Source of the DNA: Octopus vulgaris
Taxonomy: Eukaryota
Assembly: GCA_951406725.2 (NCBI GenBank)
Contig: OX597819.1
Location: 92,938,001 to 93,002,000, forward strand
Reading direction: 5' to 3'
Length of the DNA: 64,000 nucleotides
The notes beneath the pieces were generated by a model. The model saw nothing but the letters and a program-made list of their open reading frames with translations. It searched no databases and was not told the DNA's origin. Position numbers and translations under genes: made by a program. Positions 30,490 through 43,812 of the stretch are shown piece after piece. Every line of letters starts with the position of its first letter. The stretch's first letter is position 1.

Positions 30490-31760
30490 CTATTCCAAGG
30501 AACGCTTGAACATATTTCTTTCAATCGTTATAAATGGCCACTTTGTAGATGATGCTCTCGAAGCTGCCTACTAATTTTTGGTAAGTATCTGAGCTTTAGT
30601 ATCTTGCTCCTCGATTTTCGTCATACTTGATTTATTGAGTTAAAGTCATCAGTTAAATACTACGTCAAAATCTTCTTGTGATTTGATCTTGGCCGTCTTT
30701 ATTAGCTGACATCACTATTGCTCTAGTCCCATTCAATACCTATCACTGTGGGATACAAGAACCTGCGTAGCATCATCTTCGTTGATATACAGGTGCAATT
30801 TATAATTACGAGCATCAAGCACAGTTTGCTTGGCTTCAAGTTGTGAGTCGTAAACACCCGAACAGCATATTCGAATTGGCATTACATTTTGTTCCATATA
30901 CGTTTATTTAAATAATTTTTCGCATTGTGTACCGAATATGGAATGCTTCTGAGGCCGTCGTAGATGTTATAATTTTTCCAGAACTACTTTAAATTCATTC
31001 CGTAATTTTATATAGTTTTAGGTGTTTGTGGAAAGGTCTGATGTAAACCTTAAAAGTTGCAGAAGGTTGTCGTGGTGATGCGTACAGGTGAGCCAACAAG
31101 GGTTTTTTAAATTAAAATGAAGTTCATCTAACGTGCTTGACAGTCCAGGCGTGTAGTGAATTTTATTAGCCTAGAAATAGTGTCCAGTAGCAAGGGCAAA
31201 ATTATTTGGGAACCAATCTTTGAAGATAGCTTTTGTAATCATAGTTTTTTTTGTTCTCTTGGAAAATATCTTAGTTTTTGTATTTCTCTAAGAAATACAA
31301 ATTTCTAGGAAATAGGCTTCAATCATTCAGAGATATGAACTAAGATTTATAGAGCTTTAGACTCTCTTTGTATACCTTTAGCCGTATAGCACTTTTCATG
31401 TGTTTAAAGTGTATACTCCTATGGAAAGTGCCCACCACATAAAATAACACAGGCGCATCTACGTTAAGCATATGTAGAATAAATAGCAATCTCTTGAAAT
31501 TTACCGAGGTGATCTGCAGCGCTTGTAGTAGTATTTATCCTTTATAATATTTATGTATACTTTCCTCCCGCTTTAATATCATTGAACCAGCCCCTATTCA
31601 CAACAATTTTATTTTTATTGTCACATCTACTTACTACACGTTTACCTTTTTAATCAGTGTAATGATTCATCTTCTAATTGCACCAAGCAAAGGTTAATTA
31701 GAATATTTAGCTGATTAATATCTGCTGATTAAATTACCTAAATCCTATATCCTTTTTTCC
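30490..31760 (-). mobile_element. Highly decayed Tigger/pogo transposase remnant
   Basis: Ordered reverse-strand motifs RGWFNDIK, LNVDAPVLF, MITKAIFKDWFPNNF, ATFKVY and FWKNYNIYD. Confidence 0.7.
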
Positions 31761-31779
31761 ATTGCACCACTGAATTGTT

Positions 31780-31970
31780 AGAATTTTGGCACAGTGGTCA
31801 GCAATTTTTGGTGAGCAAGTAAGTCGATTGCATCTCTCATTTTATCGAGCACGAAAGGATAAATGGCAAAGTTAACCTCGGCGAAATTCAAACTCAGAAC
31901 GTAAAAACGGACAAAATACCGCTAAGAATTTTACCTGACGTACTAATAATCCTACCGGCTCGCTGCCTTT
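31780..31970 (-). mobile_element. SINE (family A), degenerate
   Basis: Homologous to the 51845-52727 units. Confidence 0.7.
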
Positions 31971-32908
31971 ATTATACCACTGTATTGTTTAGGAATAGTT
32001 GTAGTTTTTATCGGCACAAAACATTGCCTCATCCAGTCACACTTTGTCCCCTAATATTGTCTCGACCATTGACAGAATGTAATCTAAAATTTTCTAATGT
32101 CAATTGCAATTCACTTAACACCCTACGATTTGTGACTTTCAATTGTGACTTTCTCTTTTGTTTCATGAATCACTGTCGTTTCCATTGACATTACACTTTA
32201 AAAGTATGCTGACGGAAGCAAAGATAAACACGCGAAAAAACGATCTAAAATGACAAATAAAAGAATATATGCTGAGTTTACAAGACGATTTTTATAAAGG
32301 TGAAAGCGTGCCGTGTTTCTCCTTCGAACCGACGAAGCGTGGAAAAGTGAATTGATTTTATACAAGTTGTAGAGTCTACTGCTCGTTCTTTATAACTATT
32401 AATTGTATTACGGCATGAATTTTTAATCTAAAAGGTTTATACGGAAGGTGTTTTGTAATAATAGCGGTTCGCAAGTCATAGTGCCAGGACTTACTTACAC
32501 ATGTTTTTGTGTGTGTTTCTATATATTATAGCTATGCACAATACTTAAAAATTTCTTATTCATCAAATTTCTTTGCTATGTTTAACTCATAATTTCGTCG
32601 CGTGTTTAAAATATTTGTGAATATCACTGGTATGTATGTGTGTGTGTGTGCGAGTGTTCGTGTGTGAGTGTTTATGCTCAAACATAGACACACTCACATG
32701 CACACACACAATACACATAATATATAAAGAAAAATCATGTCTAGTGTTCCAGACAATTAATTATACATTGGTTTTTTATATAATCAGAAACACAAAACCA
32801 AATTAAATGTTTTTGCCAAATGTCGATAATGATTCATGTAAATTTGTATATAAAATTTTAAAACATTTTGGGCTGATCAAATATGCAATTCAAATAGTAT
32901 GCAAATAG

Positions 32909-32998
<90 letters not shown>

Positions 32999-33105
32999 AT
33001 ATGTGCATATATATATTTATATGCAACCGGATATATATATATGTGTGTGTGTGTGTATGTGTATATATACATGTATATATGCATGTATGTATATATATAT
33101 ATATA

Positions 33106-34287
33106 TACAGGAGTTGAACAACATAATAGAAACACATAGCATCATAGCATCATAATATTAAAATATCTATAAAACCGTCAAATGCTTGTAGATTTTTATG
33201 TTTTTTTTTATATTTATTATTAGTGTTGCTTAATAGGTTTTGCTAAAATTGCTGTTTCTTTTCAGATATCATCAGAAAAAGGTAATTAAAATTCATTAAA
33301 ATGACAGAGCTATCGGACTTTCAAAGAGGTCAAATTGTTTGTGCTCGTATGTCATGCGCTAGCGTAAGGAAAACAGCCGAAATGTTTGGTGTATCAAGAA
33401 GTACTGTCTCGAAAGTAATGACAGTCTTTGAGAAAGAGGGAAAACTTCCTCGTCGAAACAAAACTCCGGAAGGAAACCAAAACTTTCAGATAGGGACTGT
33501 CGGACTTATACGCAAATTGTTAGAAAGGATCAGAAAAGTACAGCCCCCAAAATTACAGCAGATTTTAACGACCCCCTTGAGAACCCAGTTTACCCAAAAA
33601 CTGTTCGCCGGGAGCTGCACAAAGCCGGATTTCACGGGAGGGCTGCAATCAGAAAACCACTTTCAAAAACAAACATTGCAAAGCATTTAGAATTGTGTAA
33701 AGCCTACAGAATTGATCCCTAAAGTAGAAGAAGAATGCTATTTTCTCGGACGAGTCATCCGTTACCTTATTTCCAGCCACGTGTGGAGACAGACTGCCTT
33801 CTTCCAACTGTTAAACATGGAGGAGGATCTGTGATGTTTGAGGTGGGGGCTATATCTTGGAAATCCGCCGGCAGAATTAATAGTCAAGATTACTTAAGCA
33901 TTTTATTTGATCAAATTCCTCCTATGCTTGTGGAACTATTTCTGGCGGGAAACGCAATCTTTCAGGATGATAATGCACCATTTTAGTGACGCTGAACATC
34001 TTATCTGGCCACCACAATCCTTAGATATTAATATTATTGAACATTTATGGTGCATTTTAGAGAAACAAGCAAGGAGTCGATATCCTCCACCATCATCACT
34101 ACAAGAACTAGAGACTATTTTAGCTGAAGAATGGACAAAAATTCCTTTGGAAACAATTCAGACTTTGTACGAGTCCATACCTCGTAGAATTCAAATTATA
34201 ATTACTGCCAATGGCGGTCCTACTCCATATTAAAATAAATTCGTTTGAAATTCTAAGGTGTTTTCATTATTTTGTCCAACGCCTGTA
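33106..34287 (+). mobile_element. Tc1-family (DD34E) DNA transposon, decayed
   Basis: ~30-bp TIRs tacaggagttgaacaacataat / attattttgtccaacgcctgta; transposase 33301-34233 with paired-like HTH, FSDES, FQDDNAP and WPPQSLDINIIEHLW. Confidence 0.93.
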
Positions 34288-34314
34288 TATACGCATACAT
34301 ACATACACACACGT

Positions 34315-34351
<37 letters not shown>

Positions 34352-34699
34352 TATATATATATATACATATATATGTATGTGTTAATACATCTACGATGTG
34401 GTCTCCGTATCAACAATACTCTCAAGATTTCAACTGAAGTGCCTATCGTATCTTTTATTTATTTCAGTCATTAGACTGCAGCCATGACAGGGCACCACTT
34501 CAAATGGTTTATACAAATTGATCTATTCCAGTACGTATGTTTTTTAAAAGTCTGTCTCTTAATCTATAGGTGATTTTTACCGAACGACGGGAATACGGGG
34601 TCGTAAAGAAATTAACATTGTTTAATAGATGATAGGGCCAAGTAATACCCCAAAGACACCAATATATACTTATATATGTATATAAAGATACCATTTGGT

Positions 34700-34980
34700 C
34701 AGGAATGACCGTGGGATTTTACCTAGAAATTTCCCTTGCAAAGCACAAGTCCGAAAAATTTATTTGTGGAAGACCAGCCGTCATCAATGCATACCAGATC
34801 CCATTCTCCACGGTTGCGAAGTTTCCATGGGAACGTTAAAAGCCGACACAGTTTTGTACAAGTGAAGTCGCAACCCATTTCAGCAGCTGAGAGAGCAGCA
34901 GCAACGTGAAATAAAATGTTTAGCACAAGAACACAATATTCATGCCGGTCCGAGAATCGAATTCGTAACCTCACGATTGT
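34700..34980 (-). mobile_element. tRNA-derived SINE (family C), degenerate
   Basis: Colinear with 23412-23749. Confidence 0.75.
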
Positions 34981-35679
34981 ATTGGCCTCACGATTTTATT
35001 GGCCTTCCCAATATATATGTGTATGTGTGTGTATGTGTGTCTATACACTCACACGAGTACACGCACACTAACACAGATACACCTACGTATACAAGCATAC
35101 GTATACATATTCATATACATACATAAATACACGATGAGCTTCCACGGTTTCCCCTCTACTAAATTCATTCTCTAAGCATTGGTCGGCCCGCAGTTATGGT
35201 AGACAACACTTGTCAACATGATTGCAAAATGGGTTTTTCAGCCACACTGGTTTGAAAATCTTTTACATCTGGCGCAGACTTGTTGGCTAAACTTTCGTGT
35301 CTCAATATGGACGTCGCCACATCTACTGCCATATGTATTATATTGTTCATATCAATAACCTTGATAATTTCTTGACTGCAATATGAATCATTTACGTAGA
35401 TTAGGTCTATGAAAATACCCGCATGAGAAAGAAACACCTTTTGCTGCCATTTTAAGATCACACAATCATCTTATCACCAAACTACTTTTAAAACAAACTT
35501 TCAATTTCCTTATTTTATGCCAGACGTTCTCTAGATCAATATTTTGTAAAAATCCAAAGACATGTCAGTAATCAACCACCCTAGGAATAATACCAACTTG
35601 AACTTTTAACCTGCTGTCTCTTGAAGTCTCTACATGGAACTTAGATTTACAAAGCAAAATTTCAACATATAATTATAAT

Positions 35680-35965
35680 CATGATAATAATAATAATAAA
35701 TGCCCTGATGCAATACTGAGCAGTTCCTCTCATGGGTTATCATTTTAATTGATTGGAAGTGTTAACATGTACATGTTTTGTCTTGGTATAAAATATTTTC
35801 TACAACAAACATTCTGCACAATACCATAGATTTACTTGTCAGTTCCTTAACCTTAAATGACAGTATGTCCTTTTGTCGCTGATGGTATGTGCATCACCGA
35901 TCACGAGCAGGAATAGTAGTCAGTAACATAGCCATATGTTGAAAGAAAATATTTGAAGTTTGAAT
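35680..35965 (-). repeat. Dispersed repeat abutting (AAT)n, probably a LINE 3' UTR
   Basis: aatgccctgatgca..ctctcatgg also at ~797-870; related fragment at ~45490-45620. Confidence 0.55.
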
Positions 35966-35993
35966 TCATGCCAAACGCATAGGGGTTTCGTTC

Positions 35994-36027
<34 letters not shown>

Positions 36028-36077
36028 ATGTATATACTTATGTTCTGAGTGATATTTCTTCCTGGTTGTATCACTAA

Positions 36078-36163
<86 letters not shown>

Positions 36164-36164
36164 T

Positions 36165-36530
36165 GTACATTTAAACATATAAGAGATGGACATAACAGGA
36201 CATTTGATTCGCTAGAAAGAGTAGTTAAACTACAAACCACTACTAGGAGTAATTTCGAAAGGGAATGAAAAATAAAAAAAAACATTTACCTTATATTTCC
36301 TGGACTATGCATAGTTTCAAGCAATCTTTTGTAAATAAAATAATTTACAATTTGCGAAGCTCTCATCAGCAGGAAGCCAAAGCTTAACATATAAACACGA
36401 GGTAATAAAGAACATGCTTCGTGTTTACATGTTATAATTTTTCAAAATCCACTGCGCACGCGCGGTGTTTTTCGGCATCAATTACAAAAAGTGCCGATTT
36501 TCTTTCAAAATTGGCCAAAAAACATTTTAT
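36165..36530 (-). mobile_element. Short HHR-bearing element between TA microsatellites
   Basis: Contains the HHR at 36297-36375; 3' flank related to 870-1175. Confidence 0.6.
36297..36375 (-). ncRNA. Type I hammerhead ribozyme, near-canonical
   Basis: Reverse strand: ttcctg-CTGATGA-GAGC...GCTT-GAAA-CTATGCATAG-TC-caggaa; 6-bp stem I, palindromic stem III, GUC site (C17 at 36303). Confidence 0.85.
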
Positions 36531-37130
36531 CATTGATATATATATATATATATATATATACATTAGGCTATACTGGATATGAAAACGTATTCAGAGTTTG
36601 ATGGAAATAAAGTTAAATGGTAATTACGGTAAGGAGGGGGATAGAAGAGTGAAAATATGATTATATTTTGTCATATGCGTTTGGAGAACATAATTAAATT
36701 AATCCGCTAAATTGTCTAAATTAACTCCATCGGTAAATAAATTCAACATTTATAAGTGGCATATCAGTTATGAAAATGTGAGATTTTTTTTAGTACGCGC
36801 AAACTAAAAAAACTTGCACGGCAGATTAGTTAATATCAAAAGTATGATTTTTAAAGAAGAGGAAAGGAAAAGTGTATGTAATTGGAGTGGAGAGAAAACA
36901 AAATATGAAAAACTTGACAAAAAAGTGTCAGTAAAATAGAAATGACTGATGTCGCTGTGAAAGAGAAATCTTAATAAAAAAAATAAATACTACTGCTGAC
37001 AATAAAACAGAAAATATTGATATAAATATTTTTTAAAAGGAAACATTATGTAGTCTTACAGAGAAAAAATATTCATAATACATAGAATATTATCTATAAA
37101 CATATCTAATAAATTTCGTTTATTGATATA

Positions 37131-37171
<41 letters not shown>

Positions 37172-37196
37172 TAATGATGATAATAATAATAGTTTC

Positions 37197-37248
<52 letters not shown>

Positions 37249-37399
37249 TACTCTATATATTATATATTTGTTTATCTGTGTGTGTTTGTATACATCATTC
37301 CATCCATATATATATATATACACACACAAACTTATATAAAATATGTTTTCGCGAGAGTTCTACCGAATGGATTCGAAAGCGGACATCAGTTTATTTTTT

Positions 37400-38520
37400 A
37401 TTAACAAAGGCAGGTCATTCAATTTGCATTCATTTGTAGAGTAAACCCTCCTCTCTGCAAAACTAAAAGTGAACATAGTTTTCATCACAAACGAAGCATT
37501 TACGCAATCGGTGAACCTGAATCTTCTCTAAAAAATATCAGATGTGCAATGTTCTACCCTCGTCTGCACATCGGGTTTCACTTCATCTGTATTATCAAGT
37601 CATTGGCTACCAATACTCTTCTACATTTGACCAAATGACTCGAAGTCGGAGGGATCCAGATCTGGGTGGTACAGTGGATTAGGGTCACTGAGCAGCCCAA
37701 TTAAAGGATTTTCTGATTTGTTGTCCAAGATGTATATGGTTGCATATTATCATAATGAATGATGCAAGTCGTTTTCAGATTCGTATTCAATTGCTTTCGT
37801 CCTAATAGATTCCCTAAGTTTTATGAGGGAGTGTCTCCATGTGCCGCCCGCTTTTTACGGTATTGCCACATGGCAGAAAGTGGAGAAAGACGCTCTTGTT
37901 ATCTTTAAAAATAAGTGTCTATGATTTTTTTAAAGACAACTGGTTCATAAATATTAGGTATTGGACAAGAGGTGTGATATCACTCCCTGGACCAACCCCG
38001 CATTTCATCCTTTGTCACCAGGCGCAAGAAGCTGTCTTCATTGACATCAAATGTTTTTAGCAGATTAGAGCAAATTTACACTATTCTGTTCATGAGACCA
38101 GTTGTTAACGGCCGGGTACCCACTTTGCACACACTTTCTGATGACCATTTTTCCACCATTTTCTGTAATGCATTGTGACCACAACCACTTATGCAACAAG
38201 CATACAGGTAGTGGCTCGTATGTCGGCACAAATCAATTCTTTCCTGCGCTGACGCTTCATGCCAGTAGTCAAAGTTCTTGGCCTTCGACAGCATGATTTA
38301 TCTTCAATGATTGTTTCCCCTTCTTTAAAATTCTTCGTTCGTCTGTGCACATCACTCTTGTTGATGGAGTTGTCTATGTTAACAAACTGTAGCCTGCGCC
38401 TTTCGTTCACCAAGAACTTAATAGCACGTTGCCTCTGGAAATAAGCATATCGATCTACATCGAATATGAACATCACTAGCTTAAGGGGAAAAAACGTAGA
38501 AATTGTTGTTGGAAGTCTGC
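37400..38520 (-). mobile_element. Highly decayed mariner transposase (irritans-like)
   Basis: QRAIKFLV..VHRRTKNFKEGETIIEDK..RRPRT, KVCAKWVP and PLYHPDLDPSDF motifs across frameshifts. Confidence 0.75.
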
Positions 38521-39019
38521 CACCAAGAAGTTACATCACGACATGTCAGATTAACCCAAGTCATCGTTACTATTGACATTAGCAAATACATTTATTATTG
38601 AAAGTGCGGCTAGACACCGGTTGTATAAAATTATAATTTATTTTGCTTGAGGTTTATTTTTATTGAGTTTTAATGCTATTGAGCATCTGATGCCGCATCT
38701 ACATAAGTACACACTAACACATGCATATACTAGGACAAATCACTGACAGAGATACACAGAAGCAGAGAACAAAATTCAAAACATTCATATATTACACATA
38801 AGCAGTGATTATATATAATAAAACAACTGTTAATTACATGAGACTGCTGCAGCCATATGTTTGTTTTAGTTTGTAATTGGTTGTGTAGATATTCAAACTT
38901 TAACGACACTCAGTCATAAATTAAATATGATTATGTGACAGAGCAAGCAAATTAGAATATATATATATATATAGATAAATTGATCAAAATAAAAATAAAA
39001 ACATGAGGCAAAGGATTCA

Positions 39020-39097
39020 GCGGTACATATGTTTCGGGCCTTTATTAGACAGATTTATAACAAAGCATAATGTGTGTCTGTGGCCTTCTTCAGCCGC
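39020..39097 (-). ncRNA. Type I hammerhead ribozyme (left arm copy)
   Basis: Reverse complement of 39711-39788. Confidence 0.75.
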
Positions 39098-39710
39098 GCA
39101 CAACAGCTTCCACAAGGACATGTGTTACATCAAAAATTCTTGGTTGGGGATGCAAATCCTCTCGTTCACGTACGACATAATGTGGCAGCAGCATAGAATT
39201 GAAGCGTCCATCTCTTTCTTCTCTCAATGTAGAATGAGGAAACTTGGATGTTGAGGTAATGTAAATAAATAAATACGTATATAGAGGTGAAGATGGAGGG
39301 GCGAGAGTTCGGGACGAGGGATAAAAAATATGTATAAAAAATGTACGTATAGAATAATATAAAAATGTAGAGGATAAAGATATAAAGAGTCTTTACAACT
39401 CTTTACATCTCCTTACAACTCTTTATATCTTTATCCTCTACATTTTTATATTATTCTATACGTACATTTTTTATACATATTTTTTATCCCTCGTCCCGAA
39501 CTCTCGCCCCTCCATCTTCACCTCTATATACGTATTTATTTATTTACATTACCTCAACATCCAAGTTTCCTCATTCTACATTGAGAGAAGAAAGAGATGG
39601 ACGCTTCAATTCTATGCTGCTGCCACATTATGTCGTACGTGAACGAGAGGATTTGCATCCCCAACCAAGAATTTTTGATGTAACACATGTCCTTGTGGAA
39701 GCTGTTGTGC

Positions 39711-39788
39711 GCGGCTGAAGAAGGCCACAGACACACATTATGCTTTGTTATAAATCTGTCTAATAAAGGCCCGAAACATATGTACCGC
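39711..39788 (+). ncRNA. Type I hammerhead ribozyme (right arm copy)
   Basis: gcgg-CTGAAGA-a-GGCC...GGCC-c-GAAA-CATATG-TA-ccgc; palindromic stem III ACATATGT; GUA site. Confidence 0.75.
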
Positions 39789-39975
39789 TGAATCCTTTGC
39801 CTCATGTTTTTATTTTTATTTTGATCAATTTACTCCACCACCTACACCACCAAACGGTATACACAGGTGCTTATAATTATCAAGTACTCACCCCGAATTT
39901 CTATATATATAGATAGATAGATAGATACATAGTACACATATATATATAGTATACTCACACACACACATACACATG

Positions 39976-40081
<106 letters not shown>

Positions 40082-40191
40082 AAAAAGAAGATTGAAAAAC
40101 GCAACCTATATAAGATAAATTCAAATTTTCTGATAGATTTTAGATGTTTCGATTCTTGAAAAAACTCGTATGCCACCTACACTTTTTATAA

Positions 40192-40249
<58 letters not shown>

Positions 40250-40313
40250 TATATATAAACATATATATACATATATATATATAAATACATATATACATAT
40301 ATACATGCATACA

Positions 40314-40345
<32 letters not shown>

Positions 40346-40362
40346 CGTATATATATATATAC

Positions 40363-40400
<38 letters not shown>

Positions 40401-40454
40401 GTATATATATATATATATATACACACCCCACACATATATATATATATATATATA

Positions 40455-41110
40455 TAGGGAAAATTCACAAAAAACAAACGACGAAGACAGGTGGTGTAGA
40501 CGACAAACAGATGTATTATTTTAACGCCAGGGAACTGAAAAAGTCTTTAACGTTTCGAGCCTACGCTCTTCCGCAGAAAGGAACGCAGAAAGAAACATGG
40601 AGAGAAAGTAAAGAATATGTAGTGGCTAGTGATCTATCATGGCTAATGCCAGACAGAAAGGTGACACAGGAGAGCTAGGAAAAAGGGGAGATAATAAAGT
40701 AGTGGTGATCCCAAAATGAAGGTGCGCGAGCGTGTGTATAAGAGAGTATGTATGTGCGTGTGGAAGAGGGCTGGTGACCTTGATGTGTATGTTTGTGTAT
40801 GTGTAGTGTGAAGATGTGGGGCAGGGAAGTGGTCAGGCTAGTGTGTGCGTAGTGGTGTGATGTGATGTGCTGTGCTGTGTGTTATGGTGTTGTATGGTGT
40901 AGTGGTGTATGGTGTGATGATGTTGGGAGATGGGGAATGCGAGAGTGAAGAAAGCAAGAGTGGGGTGTAGGTTAGGCTGAGGGTGGGCGTAGAGGTTGGG
41001 TATGTGGGCAGGCAGAGGGTGGGGGTAGAGGTGGTGTATGTGGTAGTGGGTGTAAGGGATGGCGTGGGGTAGGGTGGGAAGGTGGGGTGTTTGTGTGTGT
41101 GTTTTTATGT
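40455..41110 (-). mobile_element. pLTR-like repeat with minimal HHR variant and low-complexity upstream tract
   Basis: Homologous to 3068-3230; HHR-like motif at 40545-40580. Confidence 0.55.
40545..40580 (-). ncRNA. Minimal hammerhead-like motif with variant core
   Basis: Reverse strand: cttt-CTGCGGA-a-GAGC-gtag-GCTC-GAAA-CG-TT-aaag. Confidence 0.55.
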
Positions 41111-42063
41111 ATGTATATACTGCTTAGATTGACATTTGAAGTAGTAGCTTTATTAACAAGTATAGCAATATGTTTCTTATATAACATTCAAATGAGACTG
41201 ATCAAGAAAAGGTTCAAATTCTAAAGCTTCATTTCACGTTTCAGCAATTTCCATGCAAATTATGGAACCTTCCCGTTGTATGATATAACTATAGACACAC
41301 ACATATATCCCTATCATAATATATTCAAATATAACTATTTGAAAATATCTTTGAACACAATTTATGGTTCAGACTTAACAAGTCTACTATGTTCCATCAA
41401 CTTCTAACGTTGCTAAATACCTGATGCTCTCGAATCTATAAAAGCGTCTAACAATAGCTTAGTCTTTCAACATAGCCAATATGAATTCATTGGTCTCATA
41501 AGAGCACTTCCAATCAATGACAGGCATATTATTACAACTAGCTGCTATGCAAATGCATTTATTATATTTTCCGAGAGTGACATATTAATATGTGAATAAC
41601 GAGGTTGAATTTTATTCTCTAAATATGTATGTAATGCTAAAGAGTTTTTTTAATAGTTTCTCAAGCTTTGGCAATGGAGACAAAACAGTAATTATAATCA
41701 TAAAATGTTGAAGGACGCTGGATTGGAAGAATCGTAAGAGCATCGGACAAACCGCCAAACGTTAATTAGTTACGACTGTCTATTTTCGGTGTTTAAATGC
41801 TGCCGATGTTAACTTTGCCTTTTATTCTTTCGAGTTCAATAAAATACTAATTGTAAACTGTTACTAACAAAAAAAGGACTACTACTTTATCAAAAGACCA
41901 CGCAGATTTTATCTCTTTCATGTATATAAGGAAGCAATTTCTTATCAAGTAGCTGAGTAACAAAAAAACGAGGAAGCAGAGGGGCAGCTTTGCATAGTTT
42001 TGTTTATTTACTTAATGTAATTAGTTCTATCTTTATTTGAAGACAAAACAGATTTATCGAATA

Positions 42064-42454
42064 CTAGCAGTATCGCTCGGCGTTGCTCGGGTTTGTTTCG
42101 ACCCTTTAGAATTGGGATTTTTGAAAAGTAAAACTTTTACATTAAGTAGCTTGTTATTAACTTTTAGTGAACATTTTTCTGGTGGAAATACACCGGGAAA
42201 TGGCGATACAGCAGTCACAAAATCGTAAAAAATAGTGATTTTCATAGAAAAAAAAGCACCTGTTTGATTTAAAGAATGTTTGGTCTTAATATGGTCCGAT
42301 TTGAATTCTATTTGCTACGGAAGGAAGAGCAAGCCTTCTTCTATCATACTCTCAATTTTGGTCAACTTGCGCCGCAGGGTTTTGGAGAAGATAGTGTTAG
42401 TTGAAGGCTACCAAACCTGCCATACATAGACAACCTCAGCTTTATTTATATAGA
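42064..42454 (-). mobile_element. Helitron-like non-autonomous element
   Basis: Reverse strand starts TCtatataaataaag and ends aacccgagcaacgccgagcgatactgCTAG|t. Confidence 0.7.
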
Positions 42455-43136
42455 CTGAATTAAATAATTGTCTCGAATAATATCCCAGAAGTTGATTGTG
42501 GCTTGGCTCAGAAAAGCATGACTTAGAAGAGCTCGGCCCCTTTAAAGTATGAGGAACTAATGAGCCAAAAAATTAGCCTCACGGAAGTTCTTCCTCTGAA
42601 GATCTTTTCTGCAGTTCACTGGCTCCATAACAAGTCCGCACTTCCTTTGATGGCACACCTAAATGGAGCCATAGATTTTAGAGAGAAATGCAAGCAAATA
42701 TACATGATGAAGAAGGTACAACTCCTGAAGGAAGTACTCGTAGCACTGTTATACAACGGATTGTCAGGTAACTTCCACAAGAATTAAATTAAATTTTGCA
42801 CAATTTATATGATTCATAAGAGATATATTTTGTCAGAACATTGGCAATCCTAAGTACCAAACACTTCTCAAGTCATTCATAATCTCAGCCGTTAGACGAC
42901 GTTCAATTATATTTATTATTCAATGAAAGCAAAGTATTATTGTCAGCAATAAAAAAAAATAAAAGCAATTTTTTAAAAAATCTCAACATGGATTAACTCC
43001 AAAAGTGCAACTCGAATCGCAAGTTATTACTAAAGTCTAGCGTTGCAAGTTGGAGATATTAGTTGGAAATTGCATGGTAAAGAAATAAGTATTTTAAAAG
43101 TTTCTAGTTATGCTACACAGATGTTCTGTCTAGGCA

Positions 43137-43191
<55 letters not shown>

Positions 43192-43415
43192 TGATGTATG
43201 CCTCTCGTTCTTAATGTCTACGTTTTATTCTGGCAGGGAAAATGTATGTCTACTTTTACTCTGGAGACCGAACTCTTCAAATTCTAGTGATTATATGCCG
43301 TTAAAAAAGAAGTGGAGTGATTAAACCGACATTATTGCCAAGAATATAACAGGAGTAGAATCAAATCAAAGGACCCGGTATTCGGGAAAGCATTGCTGCT
43401 AGTAAAATGTAATGG

Positions 43416-43417
43416 CA

Positions 43418-43450
<33 letters not shown>

Positions 43451-43812
43451 GTGGTGGTGATGGTAGTGGTGGTGATGGTGATGGTGGTGGTGGTGGTGGT
43501 GCTGCTGCTGCTGATGATGATGATGGTGACGATGGTGTTGATGATGTTGATGATGATGATGGTGACGATGATGTTAATGATGTTGATGATGATGATGATG
43601 ATGGTTGTGGTTGTGGTGGTGGTGGTGGTGATGATGATGATGGTAACCATGATGGTGGTGGTGGTGGTTGTGGTGGTCGAGGTGGTTGTGGTGGTTGTGG
43701 CGGTGATGGCCGTGGTGGTGGTGTTGATGATGATGGTAATGGTGATAGTGTTGGCGGCGGCGGTGGCGGTGCCGGTGACGGTGACGGTGGTGGTGGTGGG
43801 GGGGGTTGATGG
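43416..43812 (+). repeat. Compound (GAT)/(GGT) trinucleotide microsatellite
   Basis: Seen directly; explains the poly-D/G, poly-M/V and poly-I/T ORFs. Confidence 0.95.

Larger units (their letters stand above)
38976..39832. repeat. Near-perfect 857-bp palindrome (415-bp arms, 27-bp spacer)
   Basis: Arms 38976-39390 / 39418-39832; the identical 83-aa ORFs on opposite strands are a by-product. Confidence 0.97.

Noticed and set aside
39003-39805. Twin identical 83-aa ORFs
   Set aside because: A by-product of the palindrome; antisense to the HHR and with no recognisable domain.
42615-42767. Candidate AG/GT exon, and a strong acceptor at 48403
   Set aside because: No recognisable protein; such signals arise by chance in 64 kb.
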